Source: Sedimentisphaerales bacterium (lineage in GTDB: Bacteria > Planctomycetota > Phycisphaerae > Sedimentisphaerales > SM23-30). From it: a stretch of 64,000 bases of DNA. Below the pieces are notes generated by a model. The model did no database searches. It was not told the DNA's origin and was given only the letters and a program-made list of their open reading frames with translations. The position numbers were made by a program, and so were the translations under genes. Positions 44,944 through 54,732 of this stretch are shown in pieces. Location of the stretch: contig CAXXFK010000032.1 of NCBI GenBank assembly GCA_963663965.2, positions 108,192 to 172,191 on the forward strand, given 5' to 3'. Every line of letters begins with the position of its first letter. Position 1 is the first letter of the stretch.

Positions 44944-44976
44944 AAGCCTCTTCAATCAAATGAAGAGGCTTTTTTT
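44944..44976 (+). terminator. intrinsic terminator after tRNA-Glu
   Basis: AAGCCTCTTCA-loop-TGAAGAGGCTT followed by a T-tract. Confidence 0.85.
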
Positions 44977-45251
44977 AATTCGATTAGCATCAATCACGAT
45001 CCCCTGATCCAGCCACCCGCCTCCTGGTATATTCGTTAAAACCGGTGCTGAAATTCCCTCGATAATTCCCTGGTCCGTATCGATACCATAAATGATTGAA
45101 ATGCCCGTTTGGTATAAATTCCCAAACCAGCTATCGGACCTTTATAAATAAAGTTGGCCGGGACTATGAATAAAAATCCACAGCCCCAGCCACCGTCAAA
45201 TAAAGGATATTGCGAAAGCACCCTGGTATACAGGGTAAAAATACTCAAACT

Positions 45252-46664
45252 TTAACAATCGTAATACAAATGAAATTCAAATGGATGCGGCCGAAGCGCC
45301 ATTGGGCTCAATTCTTCATCCCGTTTCCAGGAAATCCATGACTGAATCAATTCTTTACTAAAAACCCCGCCTCGTGTCAGGAATGCGTGATCGGCTTCCA
45401 ATGCGTCGATGGATTCTGCCAGCGAACCGGGAACTTTGGGAATATTCTCCAGATCGGCGCCCTTCAGTTCATAGATATTCTTATCCAAGGCCTTGGGCAA
45501 TGGCAGATCCGACTCAATCCCATCGATCATGGCCATCAGCATCGCGGGCCATAACAGGTAACCATTGGCAGTTGGGTCCGGACAACGGAATTCGACCCGC
45601 TTGGCCTTGGGGCTATTACTGTACATGGGGATGCGGCAGGCCGCCGAGCGGTTCCGGGCGCTAAGCACCAGATTGACTGGCGCCTCGAATCCCGGCACCA
45701 GACGCCGATAACTGTTGGTCGTGGGCGCGCCGAAAGCCAGGATGGCCGATGCGTGCTTGAGAATACCGGCGATCCCCTTCAACGCCGTTTCACTCAATCC
45801 GGCATAACCCTCGCCCGCCATCAGGGTGTTGCCCCCCTTCCAGATGGAAATATGGCTGTGCATGCCCGAACCGTTATCATCAAAAACCGGCTTGGGCATG
45901 AAGGTAACCGATTTGCCGTTGCGGCGCGCAACATTTTTAATCACATATTTGTACCACATATACTGATCGCACATCTTGGTCATTTCCGCGAATTCCATAT
46001 CGATCTCGCTCTGACCGGCGGTCGCGACCTCATGATGATGCGCCTCAACCCGGATTCCCAGTTTCATCATCTCATAGACCATCTCACCACGCAGATCGTG
46101 GTAGGTATCGGTCGGACTGACCGGGAAATACCCGCCCTTGTAACTGGGTTTATAACCAAGGTTCGGCTCCTCAAAGCGCGCCGTATTCCAGGAACCCTCG
46201 ACGGAATCGATTTGATAATAGCCGGTGTGCTGATTCTGTTCATAGCGGACTTCATCAAATATAAAAAATTCGGGTTCCGGACCGATAAAACAGGAATCGG
46301 CTATTCCGGATTCTTTTAGAAACTGTGCGGCTTTCCTGGCGGTAGTTCGTGGACACTTGCCATAAGGTTCGCGTGTTTCAGGGTCGACAATATCTGCCAG
46401 CACGCTGACTGTCGGTTCGGCAAAGAACGGATCGATCACGGCAGTATTCGGATCGCATACCGCCAGCATGTCCGATTGATGAATCTCCTGCCAGCCGCGA
46501 ATCGACGATCCATCAAAACCCAGACCGTCACTGAAAATACTTTCATCCAGTGTTTGGACTGGATAGGAACAGTGCTGCCAGGTTCCCAGTAAATCGCAGA
46601 ATTTCAGGTCCACCATTTTTGCGCCATTTTTGTCACAATATTCGAAAAATTCTTTGGGGGTCAT
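45252..46664 (-). CDS. glnA: glutamine synthetase type I
   Basis: FDGSSI, GPEPEFF, HHEVA, FMPKP...NGSGMH, NSYRRLVPGFEAP, EFRCPD; DKNIYEL adenylylation-site region. Confidence 0.97.
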   Translation of the reverse strand: MTPKEFFEYCDKNGAKMVDLKFCDLLGTWQHCSYPVQTLDESIFSDGLGFDGSSIRGWQEIHQSDMLAVCDPNTAVIDPFFAEPTVSVLADIVDPETREPYGKCPRTTARKAAQFLKESGIADSCFIGPEPEFFIFDEVRYEQNQHTGYYQIDSVEGSWNTARFEEPNLGYKPSYKGGYFPVSPTDTYHDLRGEMVYEMMKLGIRVEAHHHEVATAGQSEIDMEFAEMTKMCDQYMWYKYVIKNVARRNGKSVTFMPKPVFDDNGSGMHSHISIWKGGNTLMAGEGYAGLSETALKGIAGILKHASAILAFGAPTTNSYRRLVPGFEAPVNLVLSARNRSAACRIPMYSNSPKAKRVEFRCPDPTANGYLLWPAMLMAMIDGIESDLPLPKALDKNIYELKGADLENIPKVPGSLAESIDALEADHAFLTRGGVFSKELIQSWISWKRDEELSPMALRPHPFEFHLYYDC

Positions 46665-46802
46665 CGATTTAACTCCTGTGTTAAAAGGTTAAATTTTTGC
46701 ACCGGCAAGGCGCGCCTGGAAAACTTCAGGGCTTCCTTTATTATCATTTTCGTATTCGATGGCTATCACATAACGGGCCTGAAAGGGATCGGGCCGAATC
46801 GC

Positions 46803-47147
46803 CTAAATCGCCTCACCTCCGGTTTCCCCAGTTCTGATTCGAATGCATTGTTCCAGATGGGTGACAAATATTTTGCCATCACCAATACTGCCCTGATCAC
46901 CATGACGAGCCGATTTCAATATCGCTTGGATGGTTGGCTCGACAAAATCATCATTGCAGGCGATATCGATCCTGACTTTGGGAATCAAGGCCGGCACAAC
47001 GGCCTGCCCACGATATAAATCGACTTCCTCTGCGCGGCCGCGACCTGTGCATCGGCTTACGGTAATGCGATAAATCTCGGCTTTGATCAACTCCTCCCTG
47101 ACGCCATCCAGTTTATCCGGCTGGATAATTGCCGTTATTAATTTCAT
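46803..47147 (-). CDS. glnK: PII nitrogen regulatory protein (copy 1)
   Basis: MKLITAIIQP, T-loop [17 protein letters not shown]. Confidence 0.95.
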   Translation of the reverse strand: MKLITAIIQPDKLDGVREELIKAEIYRITVSRCTGRGRAEEVDLYRGQAVVPALIPKVRIDIACNDDFVEPTIQAILKSARHGDQGSIGDGKIFVTHLEQCIRIRTGETGGEAI

Positions 47148-47215
47148 AGACAAGCCCTTAATCAGGTTTATCTGGCGAATTTAGCTGGCATTCTAAAGAC
47201 ACCTTTATTTAACAA

Positions 47216-47231
47216 AGCAAATCGCATGCCA
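47216..47231 (-). promoter_or_regulatory. sigma54 promoter of glnK1-glnA
   Basis: TGGCATGCGATTTGCT. Confidence 0.85.
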
Positions 47232-47307
47232 GTCAATATTTTAAAGCGATTATGCGTTTTTACGCTCAGATTCATACCTTTGACAGCTATGGCTAAAATA
47301 CCATGCA

Positions 47308-47346
47308 ACAATTCTGTTTGAACACTCTGAAGCACAACATATTTGT
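47308..47346. promoter_or_regulatory. paired ACA-N4-TGT upstream activator sites
   Basis: ACAATTCTGT (47308) and ACATATTTGT (47337), 29 bp apart. Confidence 0.65.
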
Positions 47347-47482
47347 CAGGCCTCCATTTCCTCTTCCTGTGGGATTCAAGGGTTTGTTTCCGTTTATTGT
47401 TTCAGGGTTCTTATACCGGCCGCAGCATGAGGCGGTTTTATCCACCCTGCTGCAGCCAGTAACCTGCTTACGGTTTATCATA

Positions 47483-48808
47483 TTAATTCAAGTTCAGTAA
47501 ACCATAGCCATGTTCACCATGCAAACTATGGTCCATACCGGCCTTTTCATCATATTCGTTTAATCGGAATCCAACCGTTTTTTGAACAATAACACAGATC
47601 ACCAGAGTTCCGATGGCCGCCAGAACGATAGTGACTGAGATCCCTTTTAACTGCACCAGAAACTGATCCAGTGCCGACCAGGCTCCTGTTGAACTGAGTT
47701 CCGCCGCCTCGTTCATCCAGCTTTTTCGCACAAAAAACGATAATAATAAGACTCCCATTCCACTGCCCACCCCATGAATTCCAAAACAGTCCAGACTGTC
47801 ATCATACCCAAACCGCTCCTTTAATTTCAATGCGTAATAACACAATAATGCGGAACACGCCCCCATAATCAGGGCGCCGGTGGGCTGCACAACGCCGGCG
47901 GCGGGTGTGATGACCACCAGCCCTGCCAGTATTCCGGACACAAATCCCAATGAAGTCGCCTTTCGAAACTTGATCGCTTCAATCAGCATCCAGGTTAACG
48001 CGCCGCTCGCGGCGGACACCTGGGTCATGGTCAGGGCCCTGGCAGTATCTAATCCGCTATGAATGGTTGATCCTGCATTGAAACCAAACCAGCCGGCCCA
48101 GAGCAATCCGGCTCCCATCATGGTCATGACCAGATTATTGGGATGCATGGCTGTTTTTGGATATCCGCGTCGCGCTCCCAGGAACAACGCGACGACCAGG
48201 GCGCTGACCCCCGCCGAAACATGGATCACCAGGCCGCCCGCCAGATCGATCACGCCATTGGCCCCGCTGTTATACAACCAGCCGTCAGATCCCCAGACCC
48301 AATGACACAACGGACAATAGACCAGAATAAACCAGAGGCAGATAAATAAACTGTAGCCGCGGAAATAAACCCGCTCTGCCAAGGCGCCCGCGATCAAGGC
48401 CGGGGTAATAATCGCGAATTTACCCTGAAACATAGCCAGAACATATTCCGGAACCCCGTTAACTATGGAATCGTCAATCCCCCTGAGACAGAAATAATTC
48501 CAGTCCCAGCCGATAAATCCACCCAGAATATTCTTTCCAAATGCCATCGAATACCCGCAGATCATCCACAAAACGCCAATCAATGCCATCGCGACAAAGC
48601 TATGCATCATCGTTCCCAAAACATTTTTCGTCCTCACCAGACCGCCATAAAACATGGCAAGTCCCGGCACCATCAGCAATACAAAAGCCGTGGATGTCAA
48701 CATCCAGGCTGTCGTTCCCGTATCGACATCAGACCCATCGTTCGCGTAGACACCGCTGGTCAATATCAATAATAACACCAGGGCCTGGAATAAATGCAAT
48801 TTCTTCAT
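47483..48808 (-). CDS. amtB: ammonium transporter (copy 1)
   Basis: PGLAMFYGG, FQGKFAIIT, twin His (VIHVSAG, GIHGVG), WFGFNAGS; ATG 48808. Confidence 0.95.
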   Translation of the reverse strand: MKKLHLFQALVLLLILTSGVYANDGSDVDTGTTAWMLTSTAFVLLMVPGLAMFYGGLVRTKNVLGTMMHSFVAMALIGVLWMICGYSMAFGKNILGGFIGWDWNYFCLRGIDDSIVNGVPEYVLAMFQGKFAIITPALIAGALAERVYFRGYSLFICLWFILVYCPLCHWVWGSDGWLYNSGANGVIDLAGGLVIHVSAGVSALVVALFLGARRGYPKTAMHPNNLVMTMMGAGLLWAGWFGFNAGSTIHSGLDTARALTMTQVSAASGALTWMLIEAIKFRKATSLGFVSGILAGLVVITPAAGVVQPTGALIMGACSALLCYYALKLKERFGYDDSLDCFGIHGVGSGMGVLLLSFFVRKSWMNEAAELSSTGAWSALDQFLVQLKGISVTIVLAAIGTLVICVIVQKTVGFRLNEYDEKAGMDHSLHGEHGYGLLNLN

Positions 48809-48990
48809 GCAATCAATCCCTTTAATTCCATAAGTCCAGACCGGTTGCGCAAACCGTACGATATGCAGTACGCGTATCGACACTGATACTGTCATCGCAC
48901 GGCGATTGACTCGCCGGCTGTATTCCGTTTATAGGTTCTAGGCCGGCTTACATACCGGCTGCCTGTTGGTTCAATAATGGCCGATCAGGA

Positions 48991-49006
48991 AGCAATAAAT
49001 ATGCCA
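48991..49006 (-). promoter_or_regulatory. sigma54 promoter of amt copy 1
   Basis: TGGCATATTTATTGCT. Confidence 0.8.
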
Positions 49007-49356
49007 CAATAACCCAACTCAATTCACAGAATTGTCGGCATCATCCCCAATAAATAGATATGACCTATCCAATTACAGGCCATTGCCACATTATCCCAGA
49101 AATGATCAAATCGGAGGGGTCTCCCTTGGTTTCATAACAGATGGGAGTGCATAACTCTTTTATAAACACGAAATTATCTAAATACTCAGCCAGCGGCGGT
49201 TCTGAACCGGTGCCTGATATTTTTGTTCCTCAATGGCAAGGCAATCGTTATCGTTAGCTGATAGGAATGACATTCTGACAATATTTTCACACAAAACAAA
49301 ATGGTCAACTTTGACAAATTATGCACACTGTTTTCATTAAACGAATCCATAGAACG

Positions 49357-49397
49357 CTACATATTTGTAGTGCTTTGCGTGTTCACAACATTTATGT
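49357..49397. promoter_or_regulatory. paired ACA-N4-TGT sites
   Basis: CTACATATTTGTAG (core 49359) and ACATTTATGT (49388), 29 bp apart; a single site ACAGAATTGT at 49026. Confidence 0.65.
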
Positions 49398-49513
49398 CAC
49401 AGCCATGAATGAACGTTTCTGTTCGCTAAATCTGGTATTTACCGGTTCTGTTTCTTCTGATTATTTATCAATATCTGCCAGTCCAAACTGTTGTTTTCGC
49501 TGCCAGTCTATAA

Positions 49514-49858
49514 TCATATCGCTTCTCCGCCAGATTCGCCGGTTCGGATGCGAATACATCGCTCTAAATTGGTAACGAATATTTTTCCATCGCCAATCGT
49601 TCCAGCCTCCCCATGCCTGGCGGCTTTCAGAATGGCATCAATCGTAATGTCAACAAAATTGTCATTGCACGCAATATCGATGCGTACTTTTGGGATTAAT
49701 GCGGGAACGACTGTTTGTCCCCGGTATAGATCGGTTTCTTCGGCCCGCCCCCTTCCGGTACATCGACTGACAGTAATACGATAGATCTCGGCCCGTACCA
49801 GGGCTTCACGGACTTCATCAAGTTTATCAGATTGGATGATAGCTGTGACAAGCTTCAT
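49514..49858 (-). CDS. glnK: PII protein (copy 2)
   Basis: Close paralog of copy 1; YRG T-loop, IGDGKIFV. Confidence 0.95.
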   Translation of the reverse strand: MKLVTAIIQSDKLDEVREALVRAEIYRITVSRCTGRGRAEETDLYRGQTVVPALIPKVRIDIACNDNFVDITIDAILKAARHGEAGTIGDGKIFVTNLERCIRIRTGESGGEAI

Positions 49859-49889
49859 AATTTTATTCCTGCTTTAATTAAGTTTTGAT

Positions 49890-51173
49890 TTAATTCAAAT
49901 TCAATAATCCATAGCCATGCTCACCATGCAAACTATGATCCATACCGGCTTTTTCCTGGGATTCCGCCATTCGGAAACCCACCGTCTTTTCTAATAGGAT
50001 ACAAAGTATCAGGGAGACTACTCCGGCGTACGCGATACTGATTAAAACCCCTTCCGTCTGATACCATAATTGCTGGGCAAATCCGTGTACCTCAACGGAT
50101 TCGGGTCTGAGGAAAAATGTCAGCCCGATTGCCCCGATAATTCCGGCAATCCCATGAATACCAAACACATCCAGAGTATCGTCGTATCCGAGTCGTGATT
50201 TGATCAGAACGGCGCCATAACAGAAAAACGCGGCAATGGTCCCCAACGCGATCGCGCCGATGGGCGGCACATCGCCGGCCGCCGGTGTAATGGCAACCAG
50301 GCCCGCAAGGATACCGGAAACCAATCCAAGACTCGTGGCTTTTTTATGATGAAAGGCCTCAATCAACATCCATACCAGTGCCCCGGTAGCGGCGGCGATC
50401 TGGGTCACGGTCAGGGCCTGGGCGGTTTTCAATCCGCTGGATACCGAACTGCCGGCGTTAAATCCGAACCAGCCCACCCAGAGCAGACCGGCGCCCATAA
50501 GTGTCATGACCAGATTATTGGGATGCATGGCCGTTTTCGGATACCCCCTGCGAGCGCCCAGATACAAGGCGATAACCAGACCCGCGACACCCGCTGAAAT
50601 ATGAATAACGGTTCCTCCGGCAAAATCAATGGCTTTACCCGTTAAAAAACCGCCGCCCCACACCCAGTGCGCCAGCGGATTATAAACCAGTAAACTCCAT
50701 AATGCGATAAAGATACAATAGGCTTTGAACCGGACACGTTCCGCAAACGCCCCGGCGATCAAAGCCGGAGTAATAATCGCAAACTTACCCTGGAACATGG
50801 CGAATACCAGGGATGGGATTCCCAGGTTTTCATCAATTTTTGAATCCAGCCCTTTCAGGAATAGCCAGTCACTGTTCCAGCCGCACCAGCCATGGCTATC
50901 ACCAAAACACATGGCATAACCACAGACGGCCCATACCACACCAATGATGGCCATCGCCGCGAAACTGTGCATCATCGTCCCGATAACGTTCTTGGTGCGA
51001 ACCAGTCCACCGTAAAACATACCCAATCCCGGCACCATCAATAAGACCAGTGCCGTCGAGGTTAGCATCCAGGCGGTCGTACCGCTGTCACAGGCCACCT
51101 CATCGGCGGCAAATAAAGTTGACGTACATAACAAAAATAATAAACCAGACAAAACCAGCTGTTTTTTCTGCAT
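49890..51173 (-). CDS. amtB: ammonium transporter (copy 2)
   Basis: DFAGG, twin His, same C-terminus as copy 1 (HSLHGEHGYGLLNLN); ATG 51173. Confidence 0.95.
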   Translation of the reverse strand: MQKKQLVLSGLLFLLCTSTLFAADEVACDSGTTAWMLTSTALVLLMVPGLGMFYGGLVRTKNVIGTMMHSFAAMAIIGVVWAVCGYAMCFGDSHGWCGWNSDWLFLKGLDSKIDENLGIPSLVFAMFQGKFAIITPALIAGAFAERVRFKAYCIFIALWSLLVYNPLAHWVWGGGFLTGKAIDFAGGTVIHISAGVAGLVIALYLGARRGYPKTAMHPNNLVMTLMGAGLLWVGWFGFNAGSSVSSGLKTAQALTVTQIAAATGALVWMLIEAFHHKKATSLGLVSGILAGLVAITPAAGDVPPIGAIALGTIAAFFCYGAVLIKSRLGYDDTLDVFGIHGIAGIIGAIGLTFFLRPESVEVHGFAQQLWYQTEGVLISIAYAGVVSLILCILLEKTVGFRMAESQEKAGMDHSLHGEHGYGLLNLN

Positions 51174-51261
51174 ACCTGTGGTTCCTTTTAATTTTAAAGA
51201 GTATTCCGTTTGATAACTGATGCCTTCAACATCAAGAGATATTCTGTGCAGAAATACTTTT

Positions 51262-51277
51262 TGCAAATGATATGCCA
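51262..51277 (-). promoter_or_regulatory. sigma54 promoter of amt2-glnK2
   Basis: TGGCATATCATTTGCA. Confidence 0.85.
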
Positions 51278-51445
51278 AAAATGGAAATGAATGTCAAATA
51301 CTGGATAAGCAGCTCATTCTCATAATAGCCAAATAAACCATAAGTAACCAATAATTAAATAGTTACAAATATTCAGTGCGAGCCAGAAACAAAGAAACAA
51401 TTTTTTCATAAACGAAAAAACCCTTTACCCCACCGGCCAGCAACA

Positions 51446-51484
51446 ACATATTTGTCTTTATTATCCTTCGAATTACACAAATGT
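51446..51484. promoter_or_regulatory. paired ACA-N4-TGT sites
   Basis: ACATATTTGT (51446) and ACACAAATGT (51475), 29 bp apart. Confidence 0.65.
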
Positions 51485-51503
51485 AAGTCATTCTCATAAA
51501 ATC

Positions 51504-51534
51504 AAAAAAAACCAGGTCCATAATGGATACCTGG
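51504..51534 (-). terminator. intrinsic terminator after the porin-amt3-glnK3 unit
   Basis: Minus strand CCAGGTATCCA-TTA-TGGACCTGG followed by T8. Confidence 0.65.
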
Positions 51535-51619
51535 CGTTTTGAATTGGCGGTTTTACCAATTCGTTTTATCTATACTCTCTCTCAATTTCAAAAAAAATAA
51601 TGGTGCCAAATTTATTTGA

Positions 51620-51740
51620 TTAAGCGTGCCCTGTCAGGTTGGACAGGACACGCAAACGGAATTAAAGGGAACCGTCAGGCCAGAATTAGAGGCACATGTG
51701 GTTTTTGCGGAGTTCCTGAGGTTCCCCTCCACAGGTCAAC
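51620..51740 (-). ncRNA. candidate 3'-UTR-derived small RNA downstream of glnK3
   Basis: Hairpin, single-stranded GGUUCCCUUUAAUUCCG, then hairpin; G.U pairs are valid only on the minus strand; the seed is complementary to amt leaders. Confidence 0.45.
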
Positions 51741-51744
51741 ATCA

Positions 51745-52086
51745 TCAGCCGATCGCGTCATTGCCTTCTTCGCCGGTTCGGATACGAATACACCGTTCCA
51801 GGGGCATGACAAAAATCTTGCCATCGCCGATCTCTCCGGTTTTGGCGCCGGCGATAATCGCATCGATCGTAGGCTGAACATAGTCTTCATTTACCGCGAT
51901 TTCCAGGCGGACTTTCTTCAGCAGATTCACTTCCATCGCGACGCCGCGGTAAGATTCATGATAGCCCATCTGTTGGCCGCAGCCCAGCGCGTTGGTTACG
52001 GACATTTTGAAAATCCGGGCTTTATATAACGATTGTTTGACATCGTTGAGTTTATCCGGTTGTATGTATGCAACTATAAGTCTCAT
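51745..52086 (-). CDS. glnK: PII protein (copy 3)
   Basis: [29 protein letters not shown]. Confidence 0.95.
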   Translation of the reverse strand: MRLIVAYIQPDKLNDVKQSLYKARIFKMSVTNALGCGQQMGYHESYRGVAMEVNLLKKVRLEIAVNEDYVQPTIDAIIAGAKTGEIGDGKIFVMPLERCIRIRTGEEGNDAIG

Positions 52087-52173
52087 GGTATTATTATCTC
52101 CTGATTAGCCGGCGTTTTTTTATGCGCGCCGGATAGGGTTATTATTTATTTAACGGTTTTGAAATTCCTGTTA

Positions 52174-53547
52174 TTACTGATTGCTGAAGATCTGGAAGCC
52201 ATAGTAAGCCTCGTTGCCGTGTTCGCTGATATCCAGGCCACGCATTTCATCTTCTTTAGAGGCTCTCAGTCCAATCGTAAATTTGATCAGATTGAACAGG
52301 ATCATGCCGCAGCCAAACGCCCAGACAAACATGGCGCCCGCACCGGTCAGCTGTGTGATAAACTGACCCATGACACTGTAATCCTCTGATGGCCCATTCT
52401 GGAAAAAGCTCAAGGCCAACGTGCCCCAGACACCGCAGACACCATGCACACTCACGGCGCCCACCGGATCATCAATCTTGAGGACTTTGTCGACAAATTC
52501 AACCGCCAGTACCACCAGAAGACCGGCAACGCCGCCAATGACGATGGCGCCGATCGGTGTCACACAATTGCATCCGGCGGTTATCGCCACCAGACCGGCC
52601 AGTACACCGTTCAAACTCATACCGGTATCCGGTTTCCCGAATCGTATCCAGCTGACGATCATCGCCACAATGGCGCCGGCAGCCGCCGCCAGGTTGGTGG
52701 TCATGGCGATATAACCAATGGAGCTGTCGCCCGTAGTCGTACTGCCTGGGTTAAAACCAAACCAGCCAAACCACAGGATAAATACGCCCAGTGCGGCTAA
52801 TGGGATATTATGCCCCGGTATCGCGCGTGATTTGCCATCCGGCCCGTATTTACCAATACGCGGTCCCAGGGTAATCGCCCCGGCCAGCGCCAGCCACGCC
52901 CCGCAACTGTGTACGACAGTCGAGCCGGCAAAATCCAGAAATTTCATTTTCTCCAGCCATCCTTCTCCAATACCAAACAGACTTCCCCACGCCCAGTGTC
53001 CGCTGATCGGATAGATCAATCCGCAGATCACCGCGCTATAGGCCAGGTATCCGGTAAATTTGGTCCGGCCCGCCATCGCGCCCGAGACGATCGTCGCGGC
53101 CGTTCCGGCAAACACGCACTGGAATATCCAGAAAGTCCAGTTCAATTCACTGGCGCTGTAATCGCTGGCGGCAAAATGAGTCGTGCCAAACAGCACACCG
53201 CCGGCGCCGAACATCAGACCAAAACCGATCAGCCACCAGGCGATCGTACCCATGGAAAAGTCCATCAGGTTCTTCATCATGATATTACAGGCATTTTTGG
53301 CGCGGGTAAAACCAGTCTCCACCATCGCAAATCCCGCTTGCATAAAGAACACCAGAAACGCCGCCACGGCAGTCCAGACGATATTCAAATTCACCTGCAA
53401 GTCGGCCACGGTTGGCCCGGGATCTTCCACGGCTTCAACCACGGTTTCCACGGCTTCTACCGGCGTGTCCTGAGCGGCGGCGTATGCGGCAAACAGGCCT
53501 AGCACACCTATTATTACTATTATATATCTAAAATATCTTTTACACAT
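52174..53547 (-). CDS. amt: ammonium transporter (copy 3, different subfamily)
   Basis: VFFMQAGFAMVETG, DFAGSTVVH, VHGVCG; ATG 53547 behind AAAGGGA. Confidence 0.95.
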   Translation of the reverse strand: MCKRYFRYIIVIIGVLGLFAAYAAAQDTPVEAVETVVEAVEDPGPTVADLQVNLNIVWTAVAAFLVFFMQAGFAMVETGFTRAKNACNIMMKNLMDFSMGTIAWWLIGFGLMFGAGGVLFGTTHFAASDYSASELNWTFWIFQCVFAGTAATIVSGAMAGRTKFTGYLAYSAVICGLIYPISGHWAWGSLFGIGEGWLEKMKFLDFAGSTVVHSCGAWLALAGAITLGPRIGKYGPDGKSRAIPGHNIPLAALGVFILWFGWFGFNPGSTTTGDSSIGYIAMTTNLAAAAGAIVAMIVSWIRFGKPDTGMSLNGVLAGLVAITAGCNCVTPIGAIVIGGVAGLLVVLAVEFVDKVLKIDDPVGAVSVHGVCGVWGTLALSFFQNGPSEDYSVMGQFITQLTGAGAMFVWAFGCGMILFNLIKFTIGLRASKEDEMRGLDISEHGNEAYYGFQIFSNQ

Positions 53548-53621
53548 AATCAAATCCCTTTCATCGTTTTTTCATCACAATTAAAAAATATTGTCTGTTA
53601 TCCCTTTAATTCCGGGGGGAG

Positions 53622-53652
53622 GAGCGCGGAGCATGGAGGCTGCTCCGCGCTC
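53622..53652. other. strong intercistronic hairpin without a U-tract
   Basis: GAGCGCGGAGCA-N7-TGCTCCGCGCTC between the porin and amt3. Confidence 0.6.
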
Positions 53653-53702
53653 GAAAATTAAACACTAAAATGAATATATGGTATCATAAATTGGGTTTCA
53701 AT

Positions 53703-54527
53703 TTAGAAACTGAAGCTGACGCTTAAGCCGCCAAACAGCTCCTTGTCGTCGCCATAGGTACACACGGATTCTTCCATGATGATCACATAATTCAGGAACG
53801 GCTTGACACTGATGGCATCGGTCACGGGAATTTCAGAAGATACCCCCAGGGTGGCGTAAGACCAGTCGCTTTCCGCGCCAAACTGTCCGTCGTCATAGTT
53901 GATATCGCCATACAGGCTCAACGCGATATCTTCAGTCACCGGAACATCGGCGCTCAGGGACAACGAGTGGAACCAGCCTGGCGTGGTGCCGTCATTGCCC
54001 CAATCGATTCCAGAGTGGGTGCCCCACAGCCAGCCAACATAATATCCCGGCACAATCGCTACCTCGCCCACCTTGAACAGGTTGGGCAGAGAGATACTGG
54101 CGCCAATTTCCTGGCTATCGCCATCGGTATTATCCGGGAAATAGAAATAAATATAGTTGGTGCTGACATCAAGGGCATACGCTTCTTCCGGCATCAGGGT
54201 AGTGCCATAGGAAAAGGTAAAATCCAATTCATCCCAGGCGTTGATATGACCGCCGCCCTCACCTAACGGGAATGAACCCCACACATTAAACCCAAATCCT
54301 TCCAGACCAACCTTGGAAAGGTCGAAATCAACACTCGGTTGAAATGCCGGTTGGTCATCAAACAGATCACGGCCACGCCAGATATACTGGGTGGCATATG
54401 CGGCGTCGAAAGTAATACCCATCGATTCATCCGCCTCTTGCGCCTTAATCGAGTTACAATCCGTAAACAGGATCGTCAGCGCTAGCACAGCAGTTAAACC
54501 AGCCATTTTGCTCATTCTTTTAATCAT
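53703..54527 (-). CDS. TorF-like putative outer-membrane porin
   Basis: Signal peptide; TQYIWRG...PAFQPS, ELDF motifs; C-terminal FSF; first gene of an amt-glnK unit. Confidence 0.75.
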   Translation of the reverse strand: MIKRMSKMAGLTAVLALTILFTDCNSIKAQEADESMGITFDAAYATQYIWRGRDLFDDQPAFQPSVDFDLSKVGLEGFGFNVWGSFPLGEGGGHINAWDELDFTFSYGTTLMPEEAYALDVSTNYIYFYFPDNTDGDSQEIGASISLPNLFKVGEVAIVPGYYVGWLWGTHSGIDWGNDGTTPGWFHSLSLSADVPVTEDIALSLYGDINYDDGQFGAESDWSYATLGVSSEIPVTDAISVKPFLNYVIIMEESVCTYGDDKELFGGLSVSFSF

Positions 54528-54639
54528 ACCTGCAGTTCCTTTCTTAAAAAACAAAAACACAAAACAACTAAATCCAAAGACACAACATTTTAAATAAGCT
54601 GGCCAGGCAATCTTGTCATCTTCACTTAATTTTCAATAA

Positions 54640-54655
54640 AGCTAATTGCGTGCCA
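54640..54655 (-). promoter_or_regulatory. sigma54 promoter of porin-amt3-glnK3
   Basis: TGGCACGCAATTAGCT. Confidence 0.8.
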
Positions 54656-54732
54656 GAAATAATAAATTCTTTAAGATAATATTACACAGCCATTTACGAA
54701 ATCAATAAGATTTTTAAAAAAAATTTTGAATT

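Noticed and set aside
44861..44976. Integrated element at tRNA-Glu
   Set aside because: No integrase or duplicated tRNA 3' end was seen; glnA follows directly
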